DNA of 60,044 bases, the filler included. It is 4 parts of 4 records of this genome, joined end to end, with 100 filler letters (N's around TTAATTAATTAA, not from the genome) between each part and the next. Parts side by side here need not be neighbours in the genome. Positions count along the whole stretch, not along the records: positions 1 to 22,415 come from DRR723986_621; 3 more parts are not named here. One strand, given 5' to 3'. Each line of letters starts with the position of its first letter. Position 1 is the stretch's first letter. Below are positions 8,699 through 18,096 of the stretch, piece by piece. Made by a program: the position numbers and the translations under genes. The notes beneath the pieces were generated by a model. The model made no database searches, had not been told where the DNA came from, and was given only the letters and a program-made list of their open reading frames with translations.

Positions 8699-9697
8699 AT
8701 GGTAATTTTTAACGTCATCCTTTCCGGAGGAGTAGGCTCCAGACTTTGGCCTCTCTCCCGCAAATCTCAACCCAAGCAGTATTTACCAATTTTTGAAGGG
8801 GAAACGCTTTTTCAAAAGACCATAAGCAGAAATGCCGTTTTTTGTGATGAGGTAATGGTGGTAGGTAATTGTGATAATTACGAATTGTCAAGAAAGGACC
8901 TCACTTCCGCTGGGATATCTACTTATGTAGAGATTATCGAGGCTTGCCCTAGAAATACAGCAGCAGCTATTGCTTTTGCAGCCTTTGCAGCTCAGCCCGA
9001 GGATATTTTATTTGTTACACCTTCTGATCATCTGATAGAGTCTGGAAATAACTACCAGCTGGCAGTAGATAGAGCTATTCAACTGGCAAAAAATGGTTTT
9101 ATAGTTACCTTTGGACTGAAGCCAACCAAACCTGAAACAGGTTTTGGCTACATAGAGGCAGAAGGAGAAGAGGTAAAAGGATTTCGTGAAAAACCGAATT
9201 TGGAAACAGCTGAGGGATTTTTGAAAAGTGGAAACTTTTACTGGAATTCAGGAATGTTCTGTTTTCAGGCAGGAGTATACCTAGAGGAATTGAAAGCCTT
9301 TGAACCTGAAGTCTATGCTTCTTCAAAAATAGCATTTGATGGAGCGAAGGAAGGTAAACTGGATTTTGAACTATCCATGAACATCCCTTCCATTTCAGTG
9401 GATTATGCTGTCATGGAAAATACCAAAAAAATCAAAGTTGTTCCCTCAGAATTTGCTTGGTCAGATATGGGTTCTTTTGAATCTATTTATGATCACTTCA
9501 AAAAGCAAGGACATACTGTAGACTCCAAAGGCAATATGGTAATAGGAACGGATCTCCATACTGAATTTTTAGGCATGAAAAATACCATGTTGATTCAAAC
9601 AGCAGATGCTATTTTAGTTCTCAAGAAGGATAATGCACAGGATGTGAAGAAGGTGTTTGAGAAATTGGAGAGGGAGAGACCGGACTTGGTTTCATGA
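8699..9697 (+). CDS. manC: Mannose-1-phosphate guanylyltransferase
   Basis: GGVGSRLWPLSR, RNTAAAI, PSDH, FREKP, WNSGMF and WSDMG motifs. Confidence 0.95.
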   Translation: MVIFNVILSGGVGSRLWPLSRKSQPKQYLPIFEGETLFQKTISRNAVFCDEVMVVGNCDNYELSRKDLTSAGISTYVEIIEACPRNTAAAIAFAAFAAQPEDILFVTPSDHLIESGNNYQLAVDRAIQLAKNGFIVTFGLKPTKPETGFGYIEAEGEEVKGFREKPNLETAEGFLKSGNFYWNSGMFCFQAGVYLEELKAFEPEVYASSKIAFDGAKEGKLDFELSMNIPSISVDYAVMENTKKIKVVPSEFAWSDMGSFESIYDHFKKQGHTVDSKGNMVIGTDLHTEFLGMKNTMLIQTADAILVLKKDNAQDVKKVFEKLERERPDLVS

Positions 9698-9698
9698 G

Positions 9699-9727
9699 GT
9701 TAAAGGTTCATTGTTAAAACGTTAAAC
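9699..9727. repeat. GTTAAAN 7/8-nt tandem repeat, 4 units
   Basis: gttaaag gttcatt gttaaaac gttaaac fills the gap between manC and the four-helix-bundle gene. Confidence 0.85.
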
Positions 9728-10111
9728 GTGGCAAGCGTTTCATCTTTTGAGGATTTAGAAATATGGAAATTGGCACGTGAGCTTTGTCAGAAGGTTCGTC
9801 TTTTATCTAGAAAAGAACAATTTTCAAAGGATTTCAGGTTTTGTGGACAAATTAATTCAGCCGCTGGATCAGTGATGGATAATATTGCAGAAGGCTTTGA
9901 AAGAGATGGTAATAAAGAGTTTATCAATTTTCTATACATCGCTAAAGGCTCCAATGGGGAGGTAAGGTCTCAATCATTTTGAGCGTTGGATGCAAATTTC
10001 ATTAGCGATATAGAACAAAAAGACATTTTAAGGTTGACAGAAACTTTGAAATATAAAATACAGGGATTAATCCAGATTCTCAAAAACAGTGGAGGAAAGG
10101 GGTACAAGTGA
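9728..10111 (+). pseudogene. Four-helix-bundle protein (23S-IVS/Avd-like, TIGR02436 type) with one in-frame TGA at 9980-9982
   Basis: FEDLEIWK, SVMDNIAEGFER, FINFLYIAKGSNGEVRSQ; the frame continues ALDANFISD...GKGYK to TGA 10109-10111. Confidence 0.82.
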
Positions 10112-10124
10112 TGGTTTTAGATAC

Positions 10125-10214
10125 GTTTAAAGTTAAACGTTCAACGTTAATCAGACGCTTAATTATCGCTTAACGATTTAACACTTAACGATTTAACACT
10201 TAACGAATTAACAC
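10125..10214. repeat. GTTAAAC units followed by inverted (TTAACGAT-TTAACAC) x3
   Basis: GTT at 10125, 10132, 10139, 10146; 15-nt higher-order unit at 10170-10214. Confidence 0.9.
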
Positions 10215-10262
10215 TTCAACCTCCCTTCACAACGAATTGCACAATACTGAAAATTAATTACA

Positions 10263-11267
10263 GTGAACAAAAACACAAAAATATATATCGCTGGACACAG
10301 AGGAATGGTCGGTTCGGCTATTTGGAGAGCCTTGGAGGCAAAAGGATTTAGCAATTTGATTGGTAAAACTTCTGCCGAACTTGACCTTAGAAGTCAGGAT
10401 GCGGTCGCGGATTTTTTTGACATCGAGAGGCCTGAAGTAGTAATTGATGCTGCGGCACGGGTAGGAGGTATATTGGCAAATAATAATTATCCCTATCAGT
10501 TTCTGATGGAGAATATGCAGATTCAGAACAATCTGATTGATTATTCTCTTAAAGCAGAGGTTGAGAAATTTATATTCTTAGGTTCTTCTTGTATCTATCC
10601 AAAGTTGGCTCCACAGCCATTGAAGGAAGAGTATCTATTAACTGGCTCCTTGGAGCCTACCAATGAGTGGTACGCAATAGCTAAGATTACCGGCGTCAAG
10701 GCATGTGAGGCAATAAGAAAGGAATTTGGAAAGGATTACATCTCCCTGATGCCTACTAACCTATACGGTACCCACGACAACTTTGACTTGAATACCTCCC
10801 ATGTACTGCCTGCCATGATCCGAAAATTTCATGAGGCGAAACAGTCTTCAGTTAACAGTGAACATTTAACAGTTAACAAAGATGAGCAGAAAAATTTGTC
10901 CAATGATTTACCTGTAACACTATGGGGAAGTGGAACACCTATGCGAGAATTCTTATTTGTAGAAGACTTGGCCGATGCGGTAGTTTTTGCCCTAGAGAAT
11001 AAGTTTCAGGATAATCTTTATAACGTAGGAACTGGCATTGATTTGACCATAAAAGAATTGGCAGAGCTTATCCAAAAAACGGTAGGACATACAGGAGAAA
11101 TCATCTGGGATTCAACTAAGCCTGACGGTACTCCTAGGAAATTAATGGATGTCTCCAAAATGACTAATGCAGGCTGGAAAGCCAAGGTAGGTTTGGAAGA
11201 AGGGATTAGAAGAACTTACGAGTGGTTCCTGGAGAATCAGGAAAACTTTAAAGAAGTGAAATTATAG
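10263..11267 (+). CDS. fcl: GDP-L-fucose synthase
   Basis: IAGHRGMVGSA, LGSSCIYP, YAIAK, PTNLYG and PDGTPRK motifs. Confidence 0.95.
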   Translation: MNKNTKIYIAGHRGMVGSAIWRALEAKGFSNLIGKTSAELDLRSQDAVADFFDIERPEVVIDAAARVGGILANNNYPYQFLMENMQIQNNLIDYSLKAEVEKFIFLGSSCIYPKLAPQPLKEEYLLTGSLEPTNEWYAIAKITGVKACEAIRKEFGKDYISLMPTNLYGTHDNFDLNTSHVLPAMIRKFHEAKQSSVNSEHLTVNKDEQKNLSNDLPVTLWGSGTPMREFLFVEDLADAVVFALENKFQDNLYNVGTGIDLTIKELAELIQKTVGHTGEIIWDSTKPDGTPRKLMDVSKMTNAGWKAKVGLEEGIRRTYEWFLENQENFKEVKL

Positions 11268-11339
11268 TTAGAAGTTAAGATGTTAAAAGTTAAGCCGATT
11301 TCGCTTAACATTTAACGATTAACAATTAACATTTAACAA
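11267..11339. repeat. GTTAA units then inverted TTAAC units (hairpin-forming heptamer array)
   Basis: 4 GTTA units, spacer CCGATTTCGC, 5 TTAAC units; fills the fcl-gmd gap. Confidence 0.9.
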
Positions 11340-11345
11340 TAAAAC

Positions 11346-12560
11346 ATGAAAACAGCACTCATAACCGGAGTCACCGGACAAGACGGCTCTTACTTAGCCG
11401 AACTACTTTTAGAAAAAGGGTACATGGTCCATGGTATTAAGCGTAGAGCTTCATCCTTTAATACCCAAAGAATTGATCACCTTTACCAGGATCAACATGA
11501 GAATCATGTGAACTTCAAATTGCATTACGGTGACTTGACAGATTCTATGAATATCATCCGAATTATCCAGGAAGTTCAGCCGGATGAGATTTATAATTTG
11601 GGAGCAATGAGTCATGTAAAAGTTTCCTTTGATTCACCGGAATATGTAGCCAATGTGGATGGGATAGGTACATTAAGAATTTTGGAAGCTGTAAGGATTT
11701 TAGGTTTAGAAAAGAAAACCAGAATTTACCAGGCTTCTACTTCTGAGTTATACGGTGGGATGCCAGAAAACAAAAATGCAGCTGGTTTCTATGACGAAAG
11801 CTCTCCTTTTTATCCTCGATCACCTTATGGTGCTGCTAAAATCTACGGTTTTTGGATTACCAAGAATTATAGAGAAGCATATAATATGTTTGCATGCAAT
11901 GGAATTCTTTTCAACCATGAGTCACCTAGAAGAGGGGAGACTTTTGTGACAAGAAAGATTACAATGGCTACAGCTGCCATCGCAATGGGCTTACAGGATT
12001 GCTTGTACTTAGGTAATTTGGAGGCACTAAGAGACTGGGGCCATGCCAAAGACTATGTGAAAGCAATGTGGCTGATTCTTCAGCAAGAGAAACCTGAAGA
12101 TTTTGTGATTGCTACTGGTGTTACCACTAAAGTTCGTGACTTTGTTCAAATGTCTTTCGAACATGTAGGTTTCAAAATCCGATGGGAAGGAGAGGGAGTT
12201 AACGAGGTAGGTGTACTTGACTCTGTCGATGAACAGAAATATTTTTATGCTACTGGACAAAAGTTGACTGTTAATAGTTCAGAGTTAAATGTTAAAAGTT
12301 CAGGTTCTGATTTAACTTTTAACAAATTAACATTTAACATCGGGGACACTTTGATAAAAGTGGATCCGACCTACTTCCGCCCAACCGAAGTGGACCTACT
12401 CTTAGGCGATCCCACAAAATCCAAAACCCAATTAGGATGGAAGCCCGAATATGATTTAGCTGGTTTGGTAGAAGATATGATGGTCTCTGATATAAAATTA
12501 ATGCAAAAGGATTTGCATTTAGTTGAAGGTGGTCATGAGGTTTATAGACAGGCAGAGTAG
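11346..12560 (+). CDS. gmd: GDP-mannose 4,6-dehydratase
   Basis: [37 protein letters not shown] and RDWGHAKDY motifs. Confidence 0.96.
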   Translation: MKTALITGVTGQDGSYLAELLLEKGYMVHGIKRRASSFNTQRIDHLYQDQHENHVNFKLHYGDLTDSMNIIRIIQEVQPDEIYNLGAMSHVKVSFDSPEYVANVDGIGTLRILEAVRILGLEKKTRIYQASTSELYGGMPENKNAAGFYDESSPFYPRSPYGAAKIYGFWITKNYREAYNMFACNGILFNHESPRRGETFVTRKITMATAAIAMGLQDCLYLGNLEALRDWGHAKDYVKAMWLILQQEKPEDFVIATGVTTKVRDFVQMSFEHVGFKIRWEGEGVNEVGVLDSVDEQKYFYATGQKLTVNSSELNVKSSGSDLTFNKLTFNIGDTLIKVDPTYFRPTEVDLLLGDPTKSKTQLGWKPEYDLAGLVEDMMVSDIKLMQKDLHLVEGGHEVYRQAE

Positions 12561-12565
12561 GATAT

Positions 12566-14323
12566 ATGTCCTTTGAAGTTTCTTTTACTTCATTTATTAT
12601 AGTATCCTTAGTGGTGGTTCTATACAAAAATTGGATAAGACCATCACTTGCATTCTTAGCTTCAGTTTTTATACTTGTAATCGCGGGTATAATCACAATT
12701 GAGCATTTCCTAGAAGGCTTAGCTAATAAGCAAATTATAATAATTTTTTTACTTATTGTTTTGACAGCAGGAATCCAGAAAAATCTGGGAAAAGACTTCT
12801 TTTATAGACTATTTAGTCAAAAGCTTAGTGCTCATCAATTTAGAATTCGAATGATGGTACTGGTTTCAGGACTTTCCAGTGTTTTAAATAATACACCTGT
12901 TGTAGCCTTTATGATACCCTTTGTAAAGGATTGGGCAGATTCTAATAGGATTTCTACTTCTAAGTTTCTGATACCACTCTCTTTCGCTACAATTTTGGGA
13001 GGAATGATTACAGTAATCGGTACTTCTACAAATTTGGTTTTGAATGGACTAATAGTACAATCAGGCCTGGAAAGCTTGGAATATCAGGATTTTCTATTTC
13101 TCGGTCTAATTGTAGCTGTTGTAGGGTTAATCTATTTATCTCTTTTCTCGGAAGCTTTGCTTCCTAGTCATAAAGGAAGCAAGGAGGAAATGATAGGCCA
13201 TTTAAATGAGTACCTAGTAGAAACCAGAGTTAATAGTGTATCCCCACTAATTGGAAAGACAATTGAGGAAGCAGGGTTAAGACATTTGAAAGAACTATTT
13301 TTGGTTGAAATAAAAAGAGGAGAAAGGAGTATTTCAGCTGTTTCTTCTGATAGACTTATTCATGCAGAGGATATTCTGTTTTTTGCAGGAAATACCAAGG
13401 CAATATTGAATTTGATCAATGAGAAGAATGGACTGGAACTTCCAGAAGAAAGCCACATATATTCCAACGGGTTTAGTGCCTTATCTGAAGCAGTTATCCC
13501 CTCAGGAAGTGATTTAATTGGGCAATCAATTAAATATTCTGGTTTTCGAGACAGATTTAAAGCTTCGATTATTTCTGTTTACAGAAAAGGAGAGAAGGTT
13601 ACTGGGAATTTGGGGCAGATTCAGTTTAAAGCGGGTGATTTATTACTATTGTTGGGATCTAAAGATATTGATGTCAAATTGTCAAATAGGGATATTCTCT
13701 TATTGTCAAAAACTGGTGAAATTTCAGAAAAAGTAACCATTCGAAGTACGCTTCCTAGTATCCTATCAGGATTAATATTGCTATTGGGAGTATTTGGCAT
13801 TATTGATCTTTTCCTTGCTGCCTTTATTGGAATTATCATAATGGTAATTATGAAGGTACTTTCAGTTAAGAATATTAAAAGCGCTGTAGATTTGGATTTA
13901 TTGGTAATTCTAATTTCTGCCTTAGCAGTTGGAGTGGCCATTCAAACTTCTGGCACTGCTAATTTTGTAGTAGATCATATTAATAGGATTTTGATAGGAA
14001 CTACTCCTATGATTTCTATTTCCGTTTTATTTATTCTGACTTTAGGACTAACATCTTTGATCACCAATGCAGCAGCCGTTTCCATTATGTTTCCGATTGC
14101 TTATGAAATGGGTTTGCAATCAGGACTTCCTTTAACACCATTCTTTGTGGTAATTGCTTTTGCGGCGTCGGCCGATTTTATGACTCCAATAGGTTATCAA
14201 ACTAATTTGATGGTAATGGGTCCAGGAAATTACAGATTTAAGGACTACACTAGAATCGGTTTTCCATTAACAGTTTTATATTCTATTACCACCTTAGTAT
14301 TTATTAACTACTATTATTTATAA
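12566..14323 (+). CDS. SLC13/DASS-family permease with two TrkA-C domains (probable sulfate importer)
   Basis: NNTPVV, GTSTNL and TPIGYQTN motifs; adjacent to cysC. Substrate is inferred from context. Confidence 0.82.
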   Translation: MSFEVSFTSFIIVSLVVVLYKNWIRPSLAFLASVFILVIAGIITIEHFLEGLANKQIIIIFLLIVLTAGIQKNLGKDFFYRLFSQKLSAHQFRIRMMVLVSGLSSVLNNTPVVAFMIPFVKDWADSNRISTSKFLIPLSFATILGGMITVIGTSTNLVLNGLIVQSGLESLEYQDFLFLGLIVAVVGLIYLSLFSEALLPSHKGSKEEMIGHLNEYLVETRVNSVSPLIGKTIEEAGLRHLKELFLVEIKRGERSISAVSSDRLIHAEDILFFAGNTKAILNLINEKNGLELPEESHIYSNGFSALSEAVIPSGSDLIGQSIKYSGFRDRFKASIISVYRKGEKVTGNLGQIQFKAGDLLLLLGSKDIDVKLSNRDILLLSKTGEISEKVTIRSTLPSILSGLILLLGVFGIIDLFLAAFIGIIIMVIMKVLSVKNIKSAVDLDLLVILISALAVGVAIQTSGTANFVVDHINRILIGTTPMISISVLFILTLGLTSLITNAAAVSIMFPIAYEMGLQSGLPLTPFFVVIAFAASADFMTPIGYQTNLMVMGPGNYRFKDYTRIGFPLTVLYSITTLVFINYYYL

Positions 14324-14324
14324 G

Positions 14325-14918
14325 ATGGAAAATCATATACATCCTACAGTATTTAAAGTATCTGGTATTCAGCGGAAAAAACGTTTAAACCAAACTCCAA
14401 AACTAATTTGGTTTACAGGTCTTTCAGGTTCAGGTAAGTCAACTTTGGCAAATGCAGTTGAGTCGCAGCTTTTTGAAGATGGTTATATGACTTATTTATT
14501 AGATGGAGATAATATTCGAACAGGATTAAATAAGGATCTAGGATTTACAAATAAAGATAGAATCGAAAACATCCGAAGGATAGCTGAAGTCGCTAAACTG
14601 CTTATGGATGCTGGTCTTTTAGTTGTTTCTGCTTTTATTTCACCCTTTCGTGAGGAAAGAGAAATGATAGCAGAATTGGTAGGTAAAGAAAATTTTCTGG
14701 AAGTATTCGTCGATTGTCCATTAGAAGTTTGCGAACAAAGAGATGTAAAGGGATTATATGCAAAAGCTAGAAAAGGAATTATTAAGAACTTTACAGGTAT
14801 AGATTCTCCTTATGAGCATCCCATAAATCCTGCCGTGCATATTCACTCAGATAGGGAAGAGCTTGCAGATTCAGTTAAAAAAGTAATTAATACTATATCG
14901 GCCAATATTAGCCATTAA
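14325..14918 (+). CDS. cysC: Adenylyl-sulfate kinase
   Basis: WFTGLSGSGKST, LDGDNIR, RDVKGLY and FTGIDSPYE motifs. Confidence 0.95.
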   Translation: MENHIHPTVFKVSGIQRKKRLNQTPKLIWFTGLSGSGKSTLANAVESQLFEDGYMTYLLDGDNIRTGLNKDLGFTNKDRIENIRRIAEVAKLLMDAGLLVVSAFISPFREEREMIAELVGKENFLEVFVDCPLEVCEQRDVKGLYAKARKGIIKNFTGIDSPYEHPINPAVHIHSDREELADSVKKVINTISANISH

Positions 14919-14944
14919 TACCTCAAAATCAGAATATATTTTAT

Positions 14945-15850
14945 ATGGGACAATATTATCTATCACACTTAAAAGAACTTGAGGCAGAAGCCATATTTAT
15001 CATCCGTGAAGTTGTTTCTCAATTTGAGAGACCTGCACTTTTATTTTCCGGAGGGAAAGATAGTATCCTCCTTGCTCATTTGGCCAAAAAGGCCTTTTAT
15101 CCGGCGAAGATCCCTTTTCCTTTGATCCACATTGATACAGGCCATAATTTTCGGGAAACTCTCGAATTCCGTGATTCCCTAGTAAAAGAATTGGGTGTTC
15201 AATTAGTAGTTGGGGCTGTTCAGGAAAGTATAGATAAAGGAAGAGTTAGGGAAGAAACAGGAGTGAATGCAAGCAGAAATGCCTTGCAAACTGTTACCCT
15301 ATTAGATACGCTAGAGTCTCTAAAAATTGATGCAGCTATGGGTGGGGCAAGAAGAGACGAGGAAAAAGCTAGAGCTAAAGAGAGATTCTTCTCACACAGA
15401 GATGAATTTGGTCAGTGGGATCCTAAAAACCAAAGACCTGAACTTTGGAATCTATTCAATGGTAGAAAGCATCAGGGTGAGCATTTTAGAATTTTTCCTA
15501 TCTCAAACTGGACTGAAATGGATGTTTGGCAATATATAAAAGCCGAAAATATAGACTTGCCATCATTGTATTTTTCCCATGAAAGAGAATGTGTGGTTAG
15601 AGATGAAGTGATTTTGGCAAAGTCAGATTATTTGCCATTAAAGCCAGGCGAAGAAATTCAAAAATTGATTGTTCGCTATAGAACCTGTGGTGACATGCCT
15701 ATAACGGGAGCTGTACTTTCAGAAGCTAACACACTAGATCTAATTATTGAGGAAGTTGCAGCTACCAGAACTACTGAGCGTGGCACCAGAGCAGATGATA
15801 AAAGAGGGGAGACGGCTATGGAAGATAGAAAAAAGGCGGGGTATTTTTGA
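14945..15850 (+). CDS. cysD: Sulfate adenylyltransferase subunit 2
   Basis: FSGGKDS, GGARRDEEKARAKER, WDPKNQRPELW and MEDRKKAGYF motifs. Confidence 0.96.
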   Translation: MGQYYLSHLKELEAEAIFIIREVVSQFERPALLFSGGKDSILLAHLAKKAFYPAKIPFPLIHIDTGHNFRETLEFRDSLVKELGVQLVVGAVQESIDKGRVREETGVNASRNALQTVTLLDTLESLKIDAAMGGARRDEEKARAKERFFSHRDEFGQWDPKNQRPELWNLFNGRKHQGEHFRIFPISNWTEMDVWQYIKAENIDLPSLYFSHERECVVRDEVILAKSDYLPLKPGEEIQKLIVRYRTCGDMPITGAVLSEANTLDLIIEEVAATRTTERGTRADDKRGETAMEDRKKAGYF

Positions 15851-15856
15851 TCTATT

Positions 15857-15947
15857 GTACCAAGTGCAATGTACAAAGTACCAAGTGTTCAGAATTCTAT
15901 AAAGAATTAATTCAACCTTTAACTTTTTAACCTTTAACATTTAACAA
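15857..15947. repeat. Two different heptamer arrays (GTACCAA-type 15857-15891; TTTAAC-type 15911-15947)
   Basis: Read directly in the cysD-cysN gap. Confidence 0.8.
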
Positions 15948-15953
15948 ATTAAA

Positions 15954-17213
15954 ATGTCCATACAAGAAAATAATCAATTACTAAGATTTACCACTGCAGG
16001 TTCTGTAGATGATGGAAAAAGTACTTTAATAGGAAGATTATTGTACGATTCAAAGTCAATATTTGAAGACCAAATTGAGGCAGTTAAAACTTCCTCTGAA
16101 AAAAAGGGCTTTGACTACGTTGACCTGTCACTCCTCACAGATGGGTTAAAATCCGAACGAGAGCAAGGTATTACTATAGACGTAGCCTATAGATATTTTG
16201 CAACCCCGAAACGTAAATTCATAATCGCGGATACTCCAGGCCATACTCAGTATACTAGAAATATGGTGACTGGAGCTTCTACTGCTAACTTAGCTATAAT
16301 TTTAGTGGATGCTAGGAAAGGCTTGCTAGAGCAGACATACAGACATTCATTTATTGCTTCTTTGTTGAAAATTCCTCATGTGGTTGTCTGCGTGAACAAA
16401 ATGGATTTAGTGGATTACTCTGAAGAAGTTTACAATAAGATTGTTGCGGACTATGAAGCCTTCTCTAGCAAGTTGGATATCAAGGATGTACAGTTTGTTC
16501 CTATTTCTGCTTTAAAAGGCGATAATGTTGTTGATCGATCTGTAAAGATGGATTGGTATGAAGGGTCAACATTATTGTATCATCTTGAACATGTACACAT
16601 AGCTTCCGATTTTAATCATATTGATTGTAGGTTCCCTGTTCAAATGGTGATTCGTCCTCATACCTTAGATTTCCAAGATTTTAGAGGATATGCAGGAAGA
16701 ATTGATGGAGGTATTTTCAAAGCAGGCGATGAGGTAAAAGTTTTGCCATCTGGTTTTACTAGCAAAATCAAATCAATTGAGCTCAATGGAGAGTCTATTT
16801 CTGAAGCTTATGCTCCTATGTCTGTGACTATGACATTAGAAGATGAAATAGATATCAGTAGGGGCGATATGATTGTTAGACCAAATAACCAACCAGCTGT
16901 TGAGCAGGATTTGGAAGTAATGGTTTGCTGGATGAACCAAAAATCACTCCAAAACAGATCCAAATTGATCGTTAAGCATACCACAAAGGAATGTCAGGCT
17001 ATGGTAAAAGATATTCAGTATAAGGTTGATGTGAATACCTTGCATAGGATTGAGAATATTGAAGAAATTGGAATGAATGAGATTGCCCGAGTATCCATAC
17101 GTACTGCGCAGCCTATATTCTTTGATTCCTATAGAAAAAACAGAATGACAGGATCTGTAATACTAATCGACCCTAATTCGAATGAAACAGTTGGTGCTGG
17201 AATGATTATTTAA
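15954..17213 (+). CDS. cysN: Sulfate adenylyltransferase subunit 1 (GTPase)
   Basis: GSVDDGKST, EREQGITID, DTPGH and NKMD motifs. Confidence 0.96.
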   Translation: MSIQENNQLLRFTTAGSVDDGKSTLIGRLLYDSKSIFEDQIEAVKTSSEKKGFDYVDLSLLTDGLKSEREQGITIDVAYRYFATPKRKFIIADTPGHTQYTRNMVTGASTANLAIILVDARKGLLEQTYRHSFIASLLKIPHVVVCVNKMDLVDYSEEVYNKIVADYEAFSSKLDIKDVQFVPISALKGDNVVDRSVKMDWYEGSTLLYHLEHVHIASDFNHIDCRFPVQMVIRPHTLDFQDFRGYAGRIDGGIFKAGDEVKVLPSGFTSKIKSIELNGESISEAYAPMSVTMTLEDEIDISRGDMIVRPNNQPAVEQDLEVMVCWMNQKSLQNRSKLIVKHTTKECQAMVKDIQYKVDVNTLHRIENIEEIGMNEIARVSIRTAQPIFFDSYRKNRMTGSVILIDPNSNETVGAGMII

Positions 17214-17246
17214 GATCAAAGATCCAAGATTTTAGAATCAAGACAA
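17212..17246. repeat. AAGATCN heptamer array, 5 degenerate units
   Basis: aagatca aagatcc aagattt tagaatc aagacaa, starting within the cysN stop codon. Confidence 0.7.
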
Positions 17247-17266
17247 ACAATTAACTAAAACCAACT

Positions 17267-17319
17267 CCCCCTTTGATAAAGGGGGCAGAGCCTGTCCCGA
17301 AGTATTTCGGGAGGGATTT
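17267..17319. repeat. Two adjacent or nested REP-like palindromes
   Basis: CCCCCTTT-GAT-AAAGGGGG 17267-17285 and TCCCGAA-GTAT-TTCGGGA 17295-17312. Confidence 0.7.
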
Positions 17320-17331
17320 AAAAATAAGATT

Positions 17332-18096
17332 TTGAATAATATTAATATACAAGACCTCACCTCGCTAGCCAAAGAAGCCTCTTTAGCTGCTGGTAAAGCC
17401 ATTTTAGAAATTTATAATTCAGCTGTTTTTGGTATAGAAATGAAAGGAGATAATTCTCCTTTGACTTTAGCCGATCAGGCTGCCCACAAGGTGATTGTTA
17501 GCTTTTTAGAAAAGACTGACTTACCTATTTTATCCGAGGAGGGAAGGGATATCCCTTATGAAGAGAGAAAGGACTGGGAGTATTTCTGGATGGTTGATCC
17601 ATTAGACGGTACAAAAGAATTTATTAAGAAGAATGGTGAGTTCACAGTTAATATAGCCTTGATTCATAAGGGCAAAGCTATTATGGGAGTAGTCTATGCT
17701 CCTGTATTAGAATGGCTTTATTGGGGAAATTGGGAAGAAGGTGCCTGGAAGCAAGAATCAAATTCAGATCCAGTTAAGTTAGAGAAAGCTAATTCGCAGG
17801 AAATTAAAACCGTAGTAGCAAGTAGATCCCATCTGAGTAAGGAAACCCAAGCCTTTATTGATCAATATCCAGGAGCAGAAGTAATCTCCATGGGTTCCTC
17901 TTTAAAATTTATGTTGGTAGCCGAAGGAAAAGCTCAAATTTATCCTCGGTTTGCTCCTACTATGGAATGGGATACAGCTGCTGCTCAAGGCGTGATTGAA
18001 GCAATTGGAGGAAGCGTGGAGATATACCCAGAATTAATTCCTTTAAAATATAATAGAGAAAATATGTTGAATAGTTGGTTCATTGTACATAATTGA
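17332..18096 (+). CDS. cysQ: 3'(2'),5'-bisphosphate nucleotidase
   Basis: SPLTLAD, LSEE, VDPLDGTKEF and MEWDTAA motifs; TTG start. Confidence 0.93.
   Translation: MNNINIQDLTSLAKEASLAAGKAILEIYNSAVFGIEMKGDNSPLTLADQAAHKVIVSFLEKTDLPILSEEGRDIPYEERKDWEYFWMVDPLDGTKEFIKKNGEFTVNIALIHKGKAIMGVVYAPVLEWLYWGNWEEGAWKQESNSDPVKLEKANSQEIKTVVASRSHLSKETQAFIDQYPGAEVISMGSSLKFMLVAEGKAQIYPRFAPTMEWDTAAAQGVIEAIGGSVEIYPELIPLKYNRENMLNSWFIVHN

Noticed and set aside
9980-9982. Selenocysteine or recoded TGA
   Set aside because: The position looks like Arg rather than Cys or Trp, and TGA is a true stop in neighbouring genes (manC, cysD)
9728-10111. Diversity-generating retroelement, given the Avd-like gene
   Set aside because: No reverse transcriptase and no TR/VR pair seen in the contig
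10125-11339. Heptamer arrays as a CRISPR array
   Set aside because: Units are 7-8 nt with no unique spacers, and no cas genes are present
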